Assembly: GCA_023394615.1 (NCBI GenBank)
Contig: JAEXAI010000022.1
Coordinates: 24,175-88,174 of the forward strand
Source: Actinomycetes bacterium
Lineage (GTDB): Bacteria > Actinomycetota > Coriobacteriia > Coriobacteriales > Eggerthellaceae
Reading direction: 5' to 3'
Length of the DNA stretch: 64,000 bases
The position numbers and the translations under genes are program-made. Below the pieces are notes generated by a model. The model was not told where the DNA came from. It did not search any database and saw only the letters and a program-made list of their open reading frames with translations. Below, piece after piece: positions 37,281 to 47,196 of the stretch (positions are counted from its first letter, which is position 1; each line of letters begins with the position of its first letter).

Positions 37281-38750
37281 ATGAGCAACAAGGAGCAACG
37301 CGAATACCGCAAGCGATCTCAAGACATGCGACAGGCGGTTATCGGCACGCATGTGGCGGCCAATTCGAAGCGCGCATCGCGCACGAAGGTCGACTTTTCG
37401 AATCACCGTGGTGCGAACCGAGCGAACCGAGGCACCATTAATCATGTGACGCCGCGCACGTCGAGTTATGAAAGCTCGTCTGCGCATTCGCGTCGTATGC
37501 GACATTCTGGGTTCGCCATGCAGGCAGCGAAACGCTCGCGCACACGAGGCATCATTGTTGCCATCATCATCGCGCTCGCGGTCTGTGCGGTCGCTGCTGG
37601 GGTCACGTGGTTCGTGTTCACGTCATCCATCACAAACAAGGTCTCCCTCAACGATTCGTCGGCAACGGCGGCTCTGACGGCGGTCTCATCGGAAAGCGAT
37701 CCGTACTACGTGCTGGTGGCCGGCGAGTATTCCGATGCGAAGCAAACTTACGACGGGCCGAACCTGCTCGTGCTGATGCGCGTGGACCCAAGCACTCATG
37801 TGGTGGAGATGCTCTCGATTCCCGCAAGTATCGAAACGACGCTCTCCGACAACAAAACACATACCATATCGCAAGCGCAAACGGTTGGCGGAGATGCCGA
37901 GCTCATCAAGACTGTCTCATCGCTGACTGGCGTTTCGATTTCTCATTACCTGAAAACCGATGCGACGAAATTCAAAGCTCTGGTAGATGAATTGGGCGGC
38001 GTTACCGTGGACGTGAAACAGGAAGTGGACGACCCTGATGCCGGATCTGTGTATATACCTACGGGTACGCAGACGCTCGATGGGGAATCAGCGCTGGTGC
38101 TCTGCCGCGCTGATAATTACCTGAATTCTGTAACCACGCGCTCGACGGCTCAAACAGATGTCTTATGTGCGCTGCTCGACAAATTGCTGGAGCACTCCGG
38201 CATGGATTTGGCGACCACGCTTGATTCCGTGTCGAACTATTTCAAAACGGACATGAGCTTCGATCAGCTGACTTCGCTCGCAAAAGCGTTCGGCAGCGTG
38301 GACGAAGCGACGGTATATCAGACCAGTGTGCCCGGCAGCTTGTCCGTGGAAACCGATGGTACGTATTTCAGCGTGTCGAAAACGTCATTTGCTAATGTGA
38401 TGAGCGCCATTGAGGCTGGTGACGATCCGAATGCGAAGGGCGTAGCAGCTGCTATCGACCCGTCACAGGTTAGCGTGACGGTGAAAAACGGTGCAGGTGT
38501 GACTGGCGGGGCCTCGCAGGTAGGCAGTGCGCTCAGCGATTACGGATTCAAGGTGGAGTCTACAGGCAATACCGATAGCTACGTCTACAGCGAGACGCTT
38601 GTGGTCTACAACGACGCGGACAAAGAAGCGTCAGCTGAGACGGTTGTAGGCCTGCTCGGGGCGGGACGCACCGTGAGTGCAGGAATCTATTACACCTTTG
38701 ACACCGATCTGATGGTGATTATAGGAAAAGATTGGAAGCCTCTGTCGTAG
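37281..38750 (+). CDS. LCP (LytR-CpsA-Psr) family cell-wall glycopolymer ligase with a LytR_C domain
   Basis: An N-terminal TM is followed by the LCP core (YYVLVAG...NLLVLMRVDPSTHVVEMLSIP) and a C-terminal LytR_C-like segment (VSVTVKNGAGVTGGASQVGSALSDYGFKV). Confidence 0.85.
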   Translation: MSNKEQREYRKRSQDMRQAVIGTHVAANSKRASRTKVDFSNHRGANRANRGTINHVTPRTSSYESSSAHSRRMRHSGFAMQAAKRSRTRGIIVAIIIALAVCAVAAGVTWFVFTSSITNKVSLNDSSATAALTAVSSESDPYYVLVAGEYSDAKQTYDGPNLLVLMRVDPSTHVVEMLSIPASIETTLSDNKTHTISQAQTVGGDAELIKTVSSLTGVSISHYLKTDATKFKALVDELGGVTVDVKQEVDDPDAGSVYIPTGTQTLDGESALVLCRADNYLNSVTTRSTAQTDVLCALLDKLLEHSGMDLATTLDSVSNYFKTDMSFDQLTSLAKAFGSVDEATVYQTSVPGSLSVETDGTYFSVSKTSFANVMSAIEAGDDPNAKGVAAAIDPSQVSVTVKNGAGVTGGASQVGSALSDYGFKVESTGNTDSYVYSETLVVYNDADKEASAETVVGLLGAGRTVSAGIYYTFDTDLMVIIGKDWKPLS

Positions 38751-39075
38751 AACCGGTTTCACCGGCACACGTGCCGGATGGTCCATCGGTCATATGACGC
38801 GCAGCCATGCGGGGCTCTACTCGCTCATTTGGGTCATCGGATATCTTTGGACCATGCGTGATGAAGAACTCGCAGATCAAGCAGGTTTCCTTGATGCAAG
38901 CAGATCGGTCAATCGTTGGGTTCAAGAGGGCATCTATAGGGTCGACCACTTTGCGGGTCGGACGCGAGCAGTCTGCGAAATGGCAGTCTGCAGGGCAGGG
39001 GGATCCGGGGATGTTATGAGGGCAGCGCGACTGCATTTCCTCATCGCAGCCGCGCATTTCCCAACACTTCGTCAT
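38719..39075 (-). CDS. Cysteine-rich small protein with an N-terminal CWE motif (two-CW-domain-like)
   Basis: MTKCWEMRGCDEEMQSRCPHNIPGSPCPADCHFADC...CIKETCLICEFF contains 11 Cys in the first ~70 aa. It starts 13 nt after the nfu stop. Its 3' end overlaps the convergent LCP gene by 32 bp. The family assignment is tentative. Confidence 0.4.
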   Translation of the reverse strand: MTKCWEMRGCDEEMQSRCPHNIPGSPCPADCHFADCSRPTRKVVDPIDALLNPTIDRSACIKETCLICEFFITHGPKISDDPNERVEPRMAARHMTDGPSGTCAGETGSTTEASNLFL

Positions 39076-39088
39076 AATATCGGCGAGC

Positions 39089-39316
39089 CTATGCCGGAAC
39101 TACTTTGACAACGCCCGGAACGCGATCCTTTAAAATGCGCTCGACGCCATTGGCCAAAGTCATCTGAGACATCGGGCAGCCTTTGCAGGATCCGGTCAAC
39201 TCAACACTCACAACACCGTCGTCGGTCACGTCGACCAGCACCACGTCACCGCCGTCTGCCTGCAGGCTGGGACGGATAAGCTCGAGCACTGCGGCTACAT
39301 CTTCTCTTTTAACCAT
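39089..39316 (-). CDS. NifU C-terminal domain (Nfu-type) Fe-S cluster carrier
   Basis: IRPSLQADGGDVVLVDV...VSVELTGSCKGCPMSQMTL is the Nfu CxxC signature. Confidence 0.8.
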   Translation of the reverse strand: MVKREDVAAVLELIRPSLQADGGDVVLVDVTDDGVVSVELTGSCKGCPMSQMTLANGVERILKDRVPGVVKVVPA

Positions 39317-39481
39317 GATTTTCTCCTTCGTCGTGGTTTACCGCGACATTCTACCACAGGGCAGGGGCGTCCTGCGTGCTGTGATTCTATTTCGTAAAGA
39401 GGAACAGATTGACGGCGCGTTTCTGCTACAATGCAGCTGTGAAGGCATAGCAGCGATGGCTGAGCAAGGGGGATAAAATCA

Positions 39482-39706
39482 ATGATGATGCGTTGTGCGA
39501 AGTGCGGATGCACGGATTTCGACTTGATGCGCTACGAATCCCTTATGGTGCTTAGTACCACTCGTGCGCTTTTCTCTTTGCGCTGCCCGCATTGCGGCGC
39601 GCGCGTTACCAGCGTATGTGCCATCCCGGCTGAATTGCGCGAGACCATCGACAGCGTCGCCCGCGAAATGGATGCGGGCATGGGGCGCGTGCCCCCTGGC
39701 CGCTAG
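39482..39706 (+). CDS. Small zinc-ribbon-like hypothetical protein
   Basis: 74 aa with CAKCGC ... CPHCG pairs, immediately upstream of lgt. No family was recognised. Confidence 0.4.
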   Translation: MMMRCAKCGCTDFDLMRYESLMVLSTTRALFSLRCPHCGARVTSVCAIPAELRETIDSVAREMDAGMGRVPPGR

Positions 39707-39725
39707 CATGTCGAAGAGTGCTTGA

Positions 39726-40613
39726 ATGCTCAATCAAATCTATCAATTGCTCGATCCCATAGCCTTTTCCGTCGGACCTTTTTCGGTGCGATGGTACGGG
39801 ATTGCCTATGTGCTCGGCTTTTTTTTCGCAGGCCTGATCATATGGAGATTGGCAAAACGTTGGAAAGTGCGCATAAACACCGACGCGCTGTTCACCATAT
39901 TGCTGTGCATCATTTTAGGCGTAATCGTGGGCGCTCGGCTGGGCTATGTGATTTTTTACGGCACCGGCGAATACCTCGCCCATCCATTGGAAATTTTCAT
40001 GATATCGAATGGCGGAATGAGTTTTCACGGCGGTTTGGTCGGTGCGCTTTTGGCGGGTATCGTTGCGGCTAAGCTGTGCGACATACCGTATCTGACCTTG
40101 GCTGACATGGGTTGCATTGCGGCACCGATCGGTCTTTTTTTCGGTAGATGCGCGAATTTCATCAACGGCGAGCTGTGGGGCGCGCCCACCGATTTGCCTT
40201 GGGGCGTCGTATTCGGCGGTGCGGCCGGCAGTATGCCGAGGCATCCCTCACAGCTCTACGAAGCGCTGCTGGAAGGCGTCCTGATATTCATCGTGTTGTT
40301 CGCCCTGTCCAGGAAGCTCCCTCCGCGTCCGCGTGGCACGTTTTTGGGACTATTTCTGATCATGTACGGAGTGTGCCGTTTTCTCATCGAGTTCGTGCGC
40401 GAGCCCGATGCTCAGCTAGGTTATCTGTGGGGCGGGTGGCTCACTATGGGCCAAGTGCTTTCCGTGCCATTGATACTGGTAGGGGTGTGCGTGCTTGTGT
40501 ATGCCGTGCGCCGGAATCTGCCTCAATGCGGGTTGCAAAATGATATAGAAGATGTATCATTATGCGCGGAACAAACGGAGTCGTCGGAAAAAGAAGACGA
40601 TTCAGCGAAGTAA
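39726..40613 (+). CDS. lgt: Prolipoprotein diacylglyceryl transferase
   Basis: It carries the VRWYGIAYVLGF start motif, GGMSFHGG, GR..NFINGEL.G and HPSQLYEALLEG. Confidence 0.9.
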   Translation: MLNQIYQLLDPIAFSVGPFSVRWYGIAYVLGFFFAGLIIWRLAKRWKVRINTDALFTILLCIILGVIVGARLGYVIFYGTGEYLAHPLEIFMISNGGMSFHGGLVGALLAGIVAAKLCDIPYLTLADMGCIAAPIGLFFGRCANFINGELWGAPTDLPWGVVFGGAAGSMPRHPSQLYEALLEGVLIFIVLFALSRKLPPRPRGTFLGLFLIMYGVCRFLIEFVREPDAQLGYLWGGWLTMGQVLSVPLILVGVCVLVYAVRRNLPQCGLQNDIEDVSLCAEQTESSEKEDDSAK

Positions 40614-40647
40614 CAAGCGAACCGGAAATCGAAAACAGGAGGAAACA

Positions 40648-41028
40648 ATGGCTTTGAAATTCTTTAAATGCATGCATTGCGGAAATGTAGCGGTGAAGGT
40701 TCTGGATTCGAAAGTGCCTTTGATGTGCTGCGGCGAGAAAATGGTCGAGCTCACATCCAACACCGAAGATGCTGCGCAGGAAAAGCATGTACCCGTGGCT
40801 ACCGTTGACGGGGCTGCTGTGAGTGTTGTCGTAGGAAGCGTCGAGCATCCCATGACCGCCGATCACTACATCGCTTTCATTTGCCTAGAAACCCAGAAGG
40901 GTTATCAGATTGCTCCTTTGACCGCCACCGACGCTCCGAAGGCCGCATTTACCGTGGCTGACGGCGATAAAGCCGTTGCGGTATACGAGTATTGCAACAA
41001 GCACGGTCTGTGGAAGGCCGAGCTGTAA
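40648..41028 (+). CDS. dfx: Desulfoferrodoxin (2Fe superoxide reductase)
   Basis: An N-terminal desulforedoxin motif FKCMHCGN...MCCGEKM is followed by an SOR domain (EKHVPV...). An AGGAGGAAAC Shine-Dalgarno sequence precedes the ATG at 40648. Confidence 0.85.
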   Translation: MALKFFKCMHCGNVAVKVLDSKVPLMCCGEKMVELTSNTEDAAQEKHVPVATVDGAAVSVVVGSVEHPMTADHYIAFICLETQKGYQIAPLTATDAPKAAFTVADGDKAVAVYEYCNKHGLWKAEL

Positions 41029-41053
41029 ACCTTTTCTGCAGTATTGTCGATAC

Positions 41054-41087
41054 GGCCGGTCGCCTTGCATGGGCGACCGGCCTTTGT
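41054..41087 (+). terminator. Rho-independent terminator
   Basis: ggccggtcgcc-ttgcatg-ggcgaccggcc forms a perfect 11-bp stem and is followed by tttgt. Confidence 0.7.
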
Positions 41088-41101
41088 ACTATGATGGCAT
41101 C

Positions 41102-42325
41102 ATGAACAACACCCATCCTCGCATAGCCGTTATCGGGGCAGGCCCCTCTGGGCTGGCAGCTGCTATCTGTGCGGCTCGCGCAGGTGCGCGTGTTTCCCTT
41201 TTCGAAGTGCGTGAGCGCGTAGGCGACACCATCAAGGTCACGGGCGATGGGCGCTGCAATATCGCCAATGCCCATACGCAAGCATCTGTCTATCGCAACG
41301 GCGATTTCGTGCAGCGCGCTTTCGATGCATGCCCTCCTTCGCTTTCTCTGGGTTTTCTGGAATCATGCGGCCTGCTTTTGCGCACTGAAGCGCAAGGAAG
41401 AATGTATCCTTTGGCCAACAAGGCAACGTCGGTTATCGATGCGTTGCGCCTGGCTGCTGCGCGCGCGGGCGTTGAGGCGATTACGGGCGTTGGGGCTGCT
41501 GCTGTGCGGCCGAGAACTGATGGGCATGGTGGATGGACTGCGCAGATGCGCGATGGCTCATCGACCTCATTCGATGCGGTTATCGTATGCTGCGGAGGGA
41601 ATGCGCCAGAGGGGCTTTTGCCCCTCGATGTTGCCTCTATTCCCTGTACTCCTGTGCTTGGGCCGCTTGCAACCGACACCGCTGCCATCCATGGGCTCGA
41701 TAAGATTCGTGTGAAATGCGCGCTCGAATGCAACGGGCAACGTCAAGTGGGTGAAGTGACGTTTCGCACCTACGGCATTTCCGGTATCGCCGCGTTCGAT
41801 ATGTCGCGCATTGTTCAGCCAGGCGACGCCCTCTTCGTGGATTTTCTGCCCGACGTTGCTCGGAGCGCTTCGCTTGTTTATCTGCAATTTCGCCTTGAGC
41901 GATTGGAACCGTGCTCTTGGGGGCAGTTTTGCTGTGGCATGTTGCTCCCTTTGGTGTCGCGCGCGGTGCTGGCCAGTGCCGGTTTGCGCCCTGACGATGC
42001 TGCAAAAAGCGAGGCGCTGCCCGCGCTCGACAATGCACTGCGCGCATTTTTGCTGGTTGTTTCCGGCATTGGTGATAAACGACTGTGCCAAGTGCAACGA
42101 GGCGGCGTGGACGTGCGCGGTGTGGATGCGCTCACGTTGCAGCTTGCGAATCATCCTGGGTTGTTTGTCTGCGGCGAGGCGCTAGACGTGGACGGTCCGT
42201 GCGGTGGATACAACCTGCATTGGGCGTGGACAAGCGGCATTTTGGCCGGTTGTGCCTCTGCGGGCATTGACGTTGATGGACCGTGCAATGTGCGCAGTAT
42301 AGCTTCAGGGGAGTGCCGGGCGTGA
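41102..42325 (+). CDS. HI0933/BaiN-family NAD(P)/FAD-dependent oxidoreductase
   Basis: It carries the dinucleotide fold IAVIGAGPSGLAAAICAARAG and the family motif VTGDGRCNIAN. The long ORF from 40976 overlaps dfx and its terminator, so the ATG at 41102 was chosen. Confidence 0.8.
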   Translation: MNNTHPRIAVIGAGPSGLAAAICAARAGARVSLFEVRERVGDTIKVTGDGRCNIANAHTQASVYRNGDFVQRAFDACPPSLSLGFLESCGLLLRTEAQGRMYPLANKATSVIDALRLAAARAGVEAITGVGAAAVRPRTDGHGGWTAQMRDGSSTSFDAVIVCCGGNAPEGLLPLDVASIPCTPVLGPLATDTAAIHGLDKIRVKCALECNGQRQVGEVTFRTYGISGIAAFDMSRIVQPGDALFVDFLPDVARSASLVYLQFRLERLEPCSWGQFCCGMLLPLVSRAVLASAGLRPDDAAKSEALPALDNALRAFLLVVSGIGDKRLCQVQRGGVDVRGVDALTLQLANHPGLFVCGEALDVDGPCGGYNLHWAWTSGILAGCASAGIDVDGPCNVRSIASGECRA

Positions 42326-44031
42326 TAAAAGCATCGAACATAGCATGCTCTTTGGATGATGGTGCCCAACTCGTCGGAGGTATCGACTACGAATCGGGCA
42401 CGATTGTGCACCTTGCGGCGCGGGCTTTGGGAATGCGTGTGCATGCAGTGAAAAGCGTGCGTCTGTTGCGTCGCAGTGTGGATGCGCGCAAGCGTTCGGA
42501 TGTGCATTTCGTACTGACGCTGGCCGTGAGTCTGCGCGATACTACTCGCGAAACGAAGCTTATCGACGGCGGTAAAGCTTCAAGATTTACAGAATACGAG
42601 CCTTTGCGCATAGATCCGGTGCCGGTTGGCTCACTTTCGCCTATCGTGTTGGGGGCAGGTCCTGCGGGTCTGTTCGCGGCGCTGTATCTGGCTCGCGCCG
42701 GTGCGCGGCCAATTCTCATAGAGCGCGGTCAGGCGGTGGAAGAGCGTCAGCGAACGGTTCACACGTTTGATGACGGTGGTGAGCTGGACACCGATTCGAA
42801 CATACAGTTTGGTGAAGGCGGCGCGGGAGCGTTTTCCGATGGGAAGCTCACAACAAACGTGAAGCATCCAATGGCTCGTCACGTGGCCAAGTGGTTTGTG
42901 GAAGCGGGTGCTCCCGAGCAAATACTATGGGATGCGAAACCCCATATCGGCAGTGACCTTTTGCCGGGCGTGGTAGCGAACATGCGCAAACAGATAATAG
43001 ATTGTGGCGGGCACGTGCGATTTGGTGCGAGGCTTTCGGGGCTGCATATGGATAAAGGCGCCTTGTGCGCTGTCGATGTGCTCGATCGCGAAACAGGTGA
43101 GGTCGAGCGCATTTCGGCGCAGCGGCTCATCATTGCCTGTGGTCATTCGGCACGCGATACCTATCAGATGCTTTTCGATCAGGGTTTTCAGATGCAGCAG
43201 AAGCCGTTTTCCATAGGCGTGCGCATCGAGCATCGCCAGCAGGTCATCGACTCTGCCCAATGGGGTGATTTCGCGGGTCATTCGGCGCTGGGGTCTGCTG
43301 ACTACAAGATGGTCGTGCATTTGAATGATCGACGCAGCGCCTATACGTTTTGCATGTGCCCCGGCGGAAGCGTGGTCTGCGCGGCCAGCGAGCAAGGCGG
43401 TGTGGTAACCAACGGCATGAGCAACTTCGCGCGCGACGGCATCAACGCCAACGCTGCGCTGCTGGTAAACGTCGAGCCAGCGGATTTTGGGTCGAGCGAC
43501 CCGCTGGCGGGTGTGCGCCTGCAGCGCTCCATTGAGCAGCGGGCGTATCATGTGGCAATCGATGCAGGCGCAACGCCTTATCAGGCACCGGCGCAGAAGG
43601 TGGGTGATTTTATGACGGGACGCTCGGGCGGGCCGTCATCTACGGTTGTTCCCACCTATGCTCGAGGCGTGGTTTGGTGCGACTTGCGCAGCGTTTTCCC
43701 GCCATTTATATGCGAAAGCTTGGCGGCCGCTTTGCCCCGTTTTGACGCGAAACTGCACGGATTCGCATCGCCCGATGCTGTGATGACGGCACCGGAAACC
43801 CGGTCCTCGTCACCTGTGCGTATCGTGCGGAATGCGTCGTTGCAAGCCGAAATCAATGCAGATGTGCAGGCGCAGGCGCAAACGCGGGCGATTTCGGGAA
43901 CGGGTGTTTATCCCTGTGGCGAGGGAGCAGGATACGCAGGTGGTATCGTGTCGGCCGCGTCGGATGGTCTTCGCGTGGCGGCTGCTGTAGCCGCCTCCTT
44001 GCGTGGCGAAGAAGAAAAGAGCATACGATGA
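42322..44031 (+). CDS. FAD-dependent protein (COG2509 family)
   Basis: It carries IVLGAGPAGLFAALYLARAG and FGEGGAGAFSDGKLTT, characteristic of COG2509 flavoproteins. The GTG at 42322 overlaps the previous stop. Confidence 0.75.
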   Translation: MIKASNIACSLDDGAQLVGGIDYESGTIVHLAARALGMRVHAVKSVRLLRRSVDARKRSDVHFVLTLAVSLRDTTRETKLIDGGKASRFTEYEPLRIDPVPVGSLSPIVLGAGPAGLFAALYLARAGARPILIERGQAVEERQRTVHTFDDGGELDTDSNIQFGEGGAGAFSDGKLTTNVKHPMARHVAKWFVEAGAPEQILWDAKPHIGSDLLPGVVANMRKQIIDCGGHVRFGARLSGLHMDKGALCAVDVLDRETGEVERISAQRLIIACGHSARDTYQMLFDQGFQMQQKPFSIGVRIEHRQQVIDSAQWGDFAGHSALGSADYKMVVHLNDRRSAYTFCMCPGGSVVCAASEQGGVVTNGMSNFARDGINANAALLVNVEPADFGSSDPLAGVRLQRSIEQRAYHVAIDAGATPYQAPAQKVGDFMTGRSGGPSSTVVPTYARGVVWCDLRSVFPPFICESLAAALPRFDAKLHGFASPDAVMTAPETRSSSPVRIVRNASLQAEINADVQAQAQTRAISGTGVYPCGEGAGYAGGIVSAASDGLRVAAAVAASLRGEEEKSIR

Positions 44032-44624
44032 AATCTACTATGGATGCAGCTATTAGCGAGCTTTCGGCAGGGCGCGCTGTTGTGTTCCCTACCGACACGG
44101 TGTATGGATTGGGCATCTCAATCAAGGCCGCAGATGGTCCTGGCGTTATTTACGACATAAAAGAGCGTTCTCTGCGTAAACCCATTGCATGGTTGGTGAG
44201 CGGTAAAAACGACCTGCAAAAATACGGCAAGGTAGTACCTGAATCTGTGATTGCGCTGGCGCAGCACTTTTGGCCTGGCCCTCTGACGATTATCGTGAGG
44301 GCGAGCGATGAGGTCCCTGTCGCATTTCGCTCGGCGCAAGACACGATAGGGTTGCGGATGCCCGATGATGAAACGGCACTGCAACTCGTGCGGCGTGCCG
44401 GATGTCCTCTGGCCACATCATCGGCGAACATCGCAGGTGATCGTTCTCCGAAAACCGCAGACGAACTCTCCGAGGATCTTTTGGCGAAGGTGCAGGTGGT
44501 ACTACGTGATAATGAGCCCCGAAGCGGCGTGTCATCCACGGTGGTGGACTGCTCGACGGGCCATCCTGAGGTATTGCGCGAAGGAGCCATCAAGCTTGCC
44601 GACATCCAGGCGCTTATGCGGTAA
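44028..44624 (+). CDS. tsaC: L-threonylcarbamoyladenylate synthase (TsaC/YwlC type)
   Basis: It carries the AGRAVVFPTDTVYGLG motif and ...TSSANIAG. 198 aa. Confidence 0.85.
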   Translation: MKSTMDAAISELSAGRAVVFPTDTVYGLGISIKAADGPGVIYDIKERSLRKPIAWLVSGKNDLQKYGKVVPESVIALAQHFWPGPLTIIVRASDEVPVAFRSAQDTIGLRMPDDETALQLVRRAGCPLATSSANIAGDRSPKTADELSEDLLAKVQVVLRDNEPRSGVSSTVVDCSTGHPEVLREGAIKLADIQALMR

Positions 44625-44663
44625 AGCTGGTCTATACTGGCTAAAGGCGATCAAGGAGGTCTT

Positions 44664-45698
44664 ATGAGCGACATCGATGCGTTGAAGCAAGCGGCGACAT
44701 GCGAAACCATCCATTACGACTCGGCCGATGGGAAAACCAGCATACATGCGCTCGTGTGGATGCCCGGCACTGTATCGGGCGCTCCGGCACTGGCAGGTGA
44801 TGATGCAGCAGATAACAACGCTGCAGGTCAACCGACGGTGTGTGGCATCGTGCAGATAGTTCACGGTATGGTAGAGCATATCGAGCGATACGATGATTTT
44901 GCTCGCTTTCTGTGCGCCCATGGATTCGCTGTGTGCGCAAACGACCACATCGGACACGGTGGCAGCGTCGAATCAGATGATCAGCTGGGCGTTTTACCGA
45001 AAAATGGCGGCGATATCATGGTGCGCGACGTGCATGCCTTGCGCACCATCATGGGGCAGCGGCTTGGAGACGACGTGCCCTATTTGATGTTCGGACATTC
45101 TATGGGCAGCTTTATCCTGCGCGCCTATTTGCCTCGTTTTGGCGAAGGCTTGGCAGCGGCGGTGGTGTGCGGCACAGGTCAGCAGCCTGTTGCGGTGTCG
45201 AAGATGGGCAATTTGGTCGCGCGCTTCCTCTGTGCCACTCACGGCGAGGCATACCGCAGCTCGTTTATGCATGGGTTGGCCGACGGCGCCTACTCGAAGA
45301 AAGTGGAGAATCCGCGTACCGACTTAGATTGGATAAACACCGACCCTGCCAAGGTGGACGAATATATCGCCGACCCGGCTTGCGGGGGCGTGTTCTCGGC
45401 TGGGGGCTACGTGTCGCTAACCGACCTGACGGCCACTGTGGCTTCAAAGGAATGCGCGGCAGGCGTGCCTGACGGGCTGCCTGTCTTGTTTATTTCTGGT
45501 GCGCTGGACCCTGTGGGTGACAACGGTGAGGGACCCAAGGCTGCGGCTTGCGCTATGCAGCAGAATTCGAAGGCGAACGTTTCGCTGAAGATATACGATG
45601 GCATGCGCCATGAAGTGCTCAATGAACCAGGTCATGCACAGGTCTATGATGATGTGCTGGAATTCTTCGAACAGGCAATCGGCAAAGGCGGTCGATGA
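44664..45698 (+). CDS. Alpha/beta hydrolase (lysophospholipase / monoacylglycerol lipase-like)
   Basis: It carries the nucleophile elbow GHSMGSF and an HG oxyanion motif (VHGMVEH). The stop overlaps the glpK start. Confidence 0.7.
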   Translation: MSDIDALKQAATCETIHYDSADGKTSIHALVWMPGTVSGAPALAGDDAADNNAAGQPTVCGIVQIVHGMVEHIERYDDFARFLCAHGFAVCANDHIGHGGSVESDDQLGVLPKNGGDIMVRDVHALRTIMGQRLGDDVPYLMFGHSMGSFILRAYLPRFGEGLAAAVVCGTGQQPVAVSKMGNLVARFLCATHGEAYRSSFMHGLADGAYSKKVENPRTDLDWINTDPAKVDEYIADPACGGVFSAGGYVSLTDLTATVASKECAAGVPDGLPVLFISGALDPVGDNGEGPKAAACAMQQNSKANVSLKIYDGMRHEVLNEPGHAQVYDDVLEFFEQAIGKGGR

Positions 45699-47194
45699 TG
45701 GATAAATTCGTCATAGCGCTCGACCAGGGAACCACTTCATCGCGCGCGGTGCTTTTCGACCGCATGGGCAAGGTGTGCGGCGTCTCTCAGCAGGAGTTTC
45801 CGCAGCATTTTCCCCAATCGGGATGGGTGGAGCATAATCCGAAGGACATCCTGTCTTCGCAGTTTTCCGTGTTGGTGGATCTGATGGTGTCGAATTCGCT
45901 TTCGCCTAGCGACATCGCGGCGCTTGGCATTACGAACCAGCGTGAAACCACGGTGGTGTGGGACAAGCGCACGGGTGAGCCGGTCTGCAACGCTATCGTG
46001 TGGCAGTGTCGTCGCACTGCCCCCATCATCGAAGAGTTATGTTCGTCTGAACAGGTGAAAAAGGATATCACGGCGAAAACAGGCTTGATTCCCGATGCCT
46101 ATTTTTCGGCTAGCAAGATAAAGTGGATACTTGACAACGTAAAGGGTGCACGCCAGCGCGCAGAGGCAGGCGGACTGCTTTTCGGCACAATCGACACGTG
46201 GCTTATCTGGAATCTCACCGGTGGTGAGGTGCATGCCACCGACCCCACCAATGCCAGCAGGACGATGCTGTTCGACATCCATAAAAGATGCTGGGACTCG
46301 CAGCTGTGCGATTTGTTCGGCATACCTATAAGCATGCTGCCTGAGGTGCGTCCTTCATCGGGTGATTTCGGTACGGCTAGCGCCGATGTGCTAGGTGGCA
46401 ACATTCCTATTTGCGGCGTGGCGGGCGATCAACAATCAGCTCTGTTCGGACAATGCTGTACGAAACCGGGACAGGCGAAAAATACCTATGGTACCGGTTG
46501 CTTTCTGCTGATGCACACGGGCACTGATGCTGTGGCCTCGAGAAACAATCTGATTACCACTATTGCGGCTTCTGCTCCAGGAGTGACGGATACTGAATAT
46601 GCGCTGGAGGGCAGCGTATTTATGGCCGGCGCGCTCATGCAATGGTTGCGCGATGGCTTGGGCTTGATAGATGATGTGGGGGCCACGTCTGACATGGCGC
46701 GCAGCGTTCCCGACACCGAAGGCGTCTACATTGTGCCGGCGTTCACCGGCCTAGGTGCCCCTTACTGGGATCCCGATGCGCGTGGTGCCATATACGGACT
46801 GACGCGCGGCACCACCAAAGCCCACATCGTACGCGCATGCTTGGAGGCGCTTGCTTTCCAAGTACACGATCTGGTGCGGGGCATGCAAGACGATTCGGGC
46901 ATTGTGTTGGAGTCGCTGGCCGTTGACGGCGGAGCCAGCAAAAACGACTTTTTGATGCAGTTCCAAAGCGATTTGCTCCGCTGTGAGCTGGTGCGGCCAG
47001 CTCTTGTGGAGACCACGGCGGCGGGAGCGGCATACCTAGCTGGGCTTTCCAGTGGTTACTGGCAGGATTTGAGCCAGATTGAGAGCATGCGGGTAATCGA
47101 TGCGCGCTATCGCCCCGACATGGACGACTTGCGCCATGCGGCTTTGATGGCGGGATGGAAGCGCTGCGTTGAATTAACACGGACGAAAGGATAG
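45695..47194 (+). CDS. glpK: Glycerol kinase
   Basis: It carries ALDQGTTSSRAVLFD, ITNQRETTVVWD and GDQQSALFGQ. Confidence 0.95.
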   Translation: MMDKFVIALDQGTTSSRAVLFDRMGKVCGVSQQEFPQHFPQSGWVEHNPKDILSSQFSVLVDLMVSNSLSPSDIAALGITNQRETTVVWDKRTGEPVCNAIVWQCRRTAPIIEELCSSEQVKKDITAKTGLIPDAYFSASKIKWILDNVKGARQRAEAGGLLFGTIDTWLIWNLTGGEVHATDPTNASRTMLFDIHKRCWDSQLCDLFGIPISMLPEVRPSSGDFGTASADVLGGNIPICGVAGDQQSALFGQCCTKPGQAKNTYGTGCFLLMHTGTDAVASRNNLITTIAASAPGVTDTEYALEGSVFMAGALMQWLRDGLGLIDDVGATSDMARSVPDTEGVYIVPAFTGLGAPYWDPDARGAIYGLTRGTTKAHIVRACLEALAFQVHDLVRGMQDDSGIVLESLAVDGGASKNDFLMQFQSDLLRCELVRPALVETTAAGAAYLAGLSSGYWQDLSQIESMRVIDARYRPDMDDLRHAALMAGWKRCVELTRTKG

Positions 47195-47196
47195 GG

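Noticed and set aside
38794-39108. Plus-strand 104-aa ORF opposite the Cys-rich gene.
   Set aside because: The minus-strand frame has the more gene-like features: a CWE/Cys motif and a start 13 nt after nfu. The plus-strand product has no motifs and would overlap nfu.
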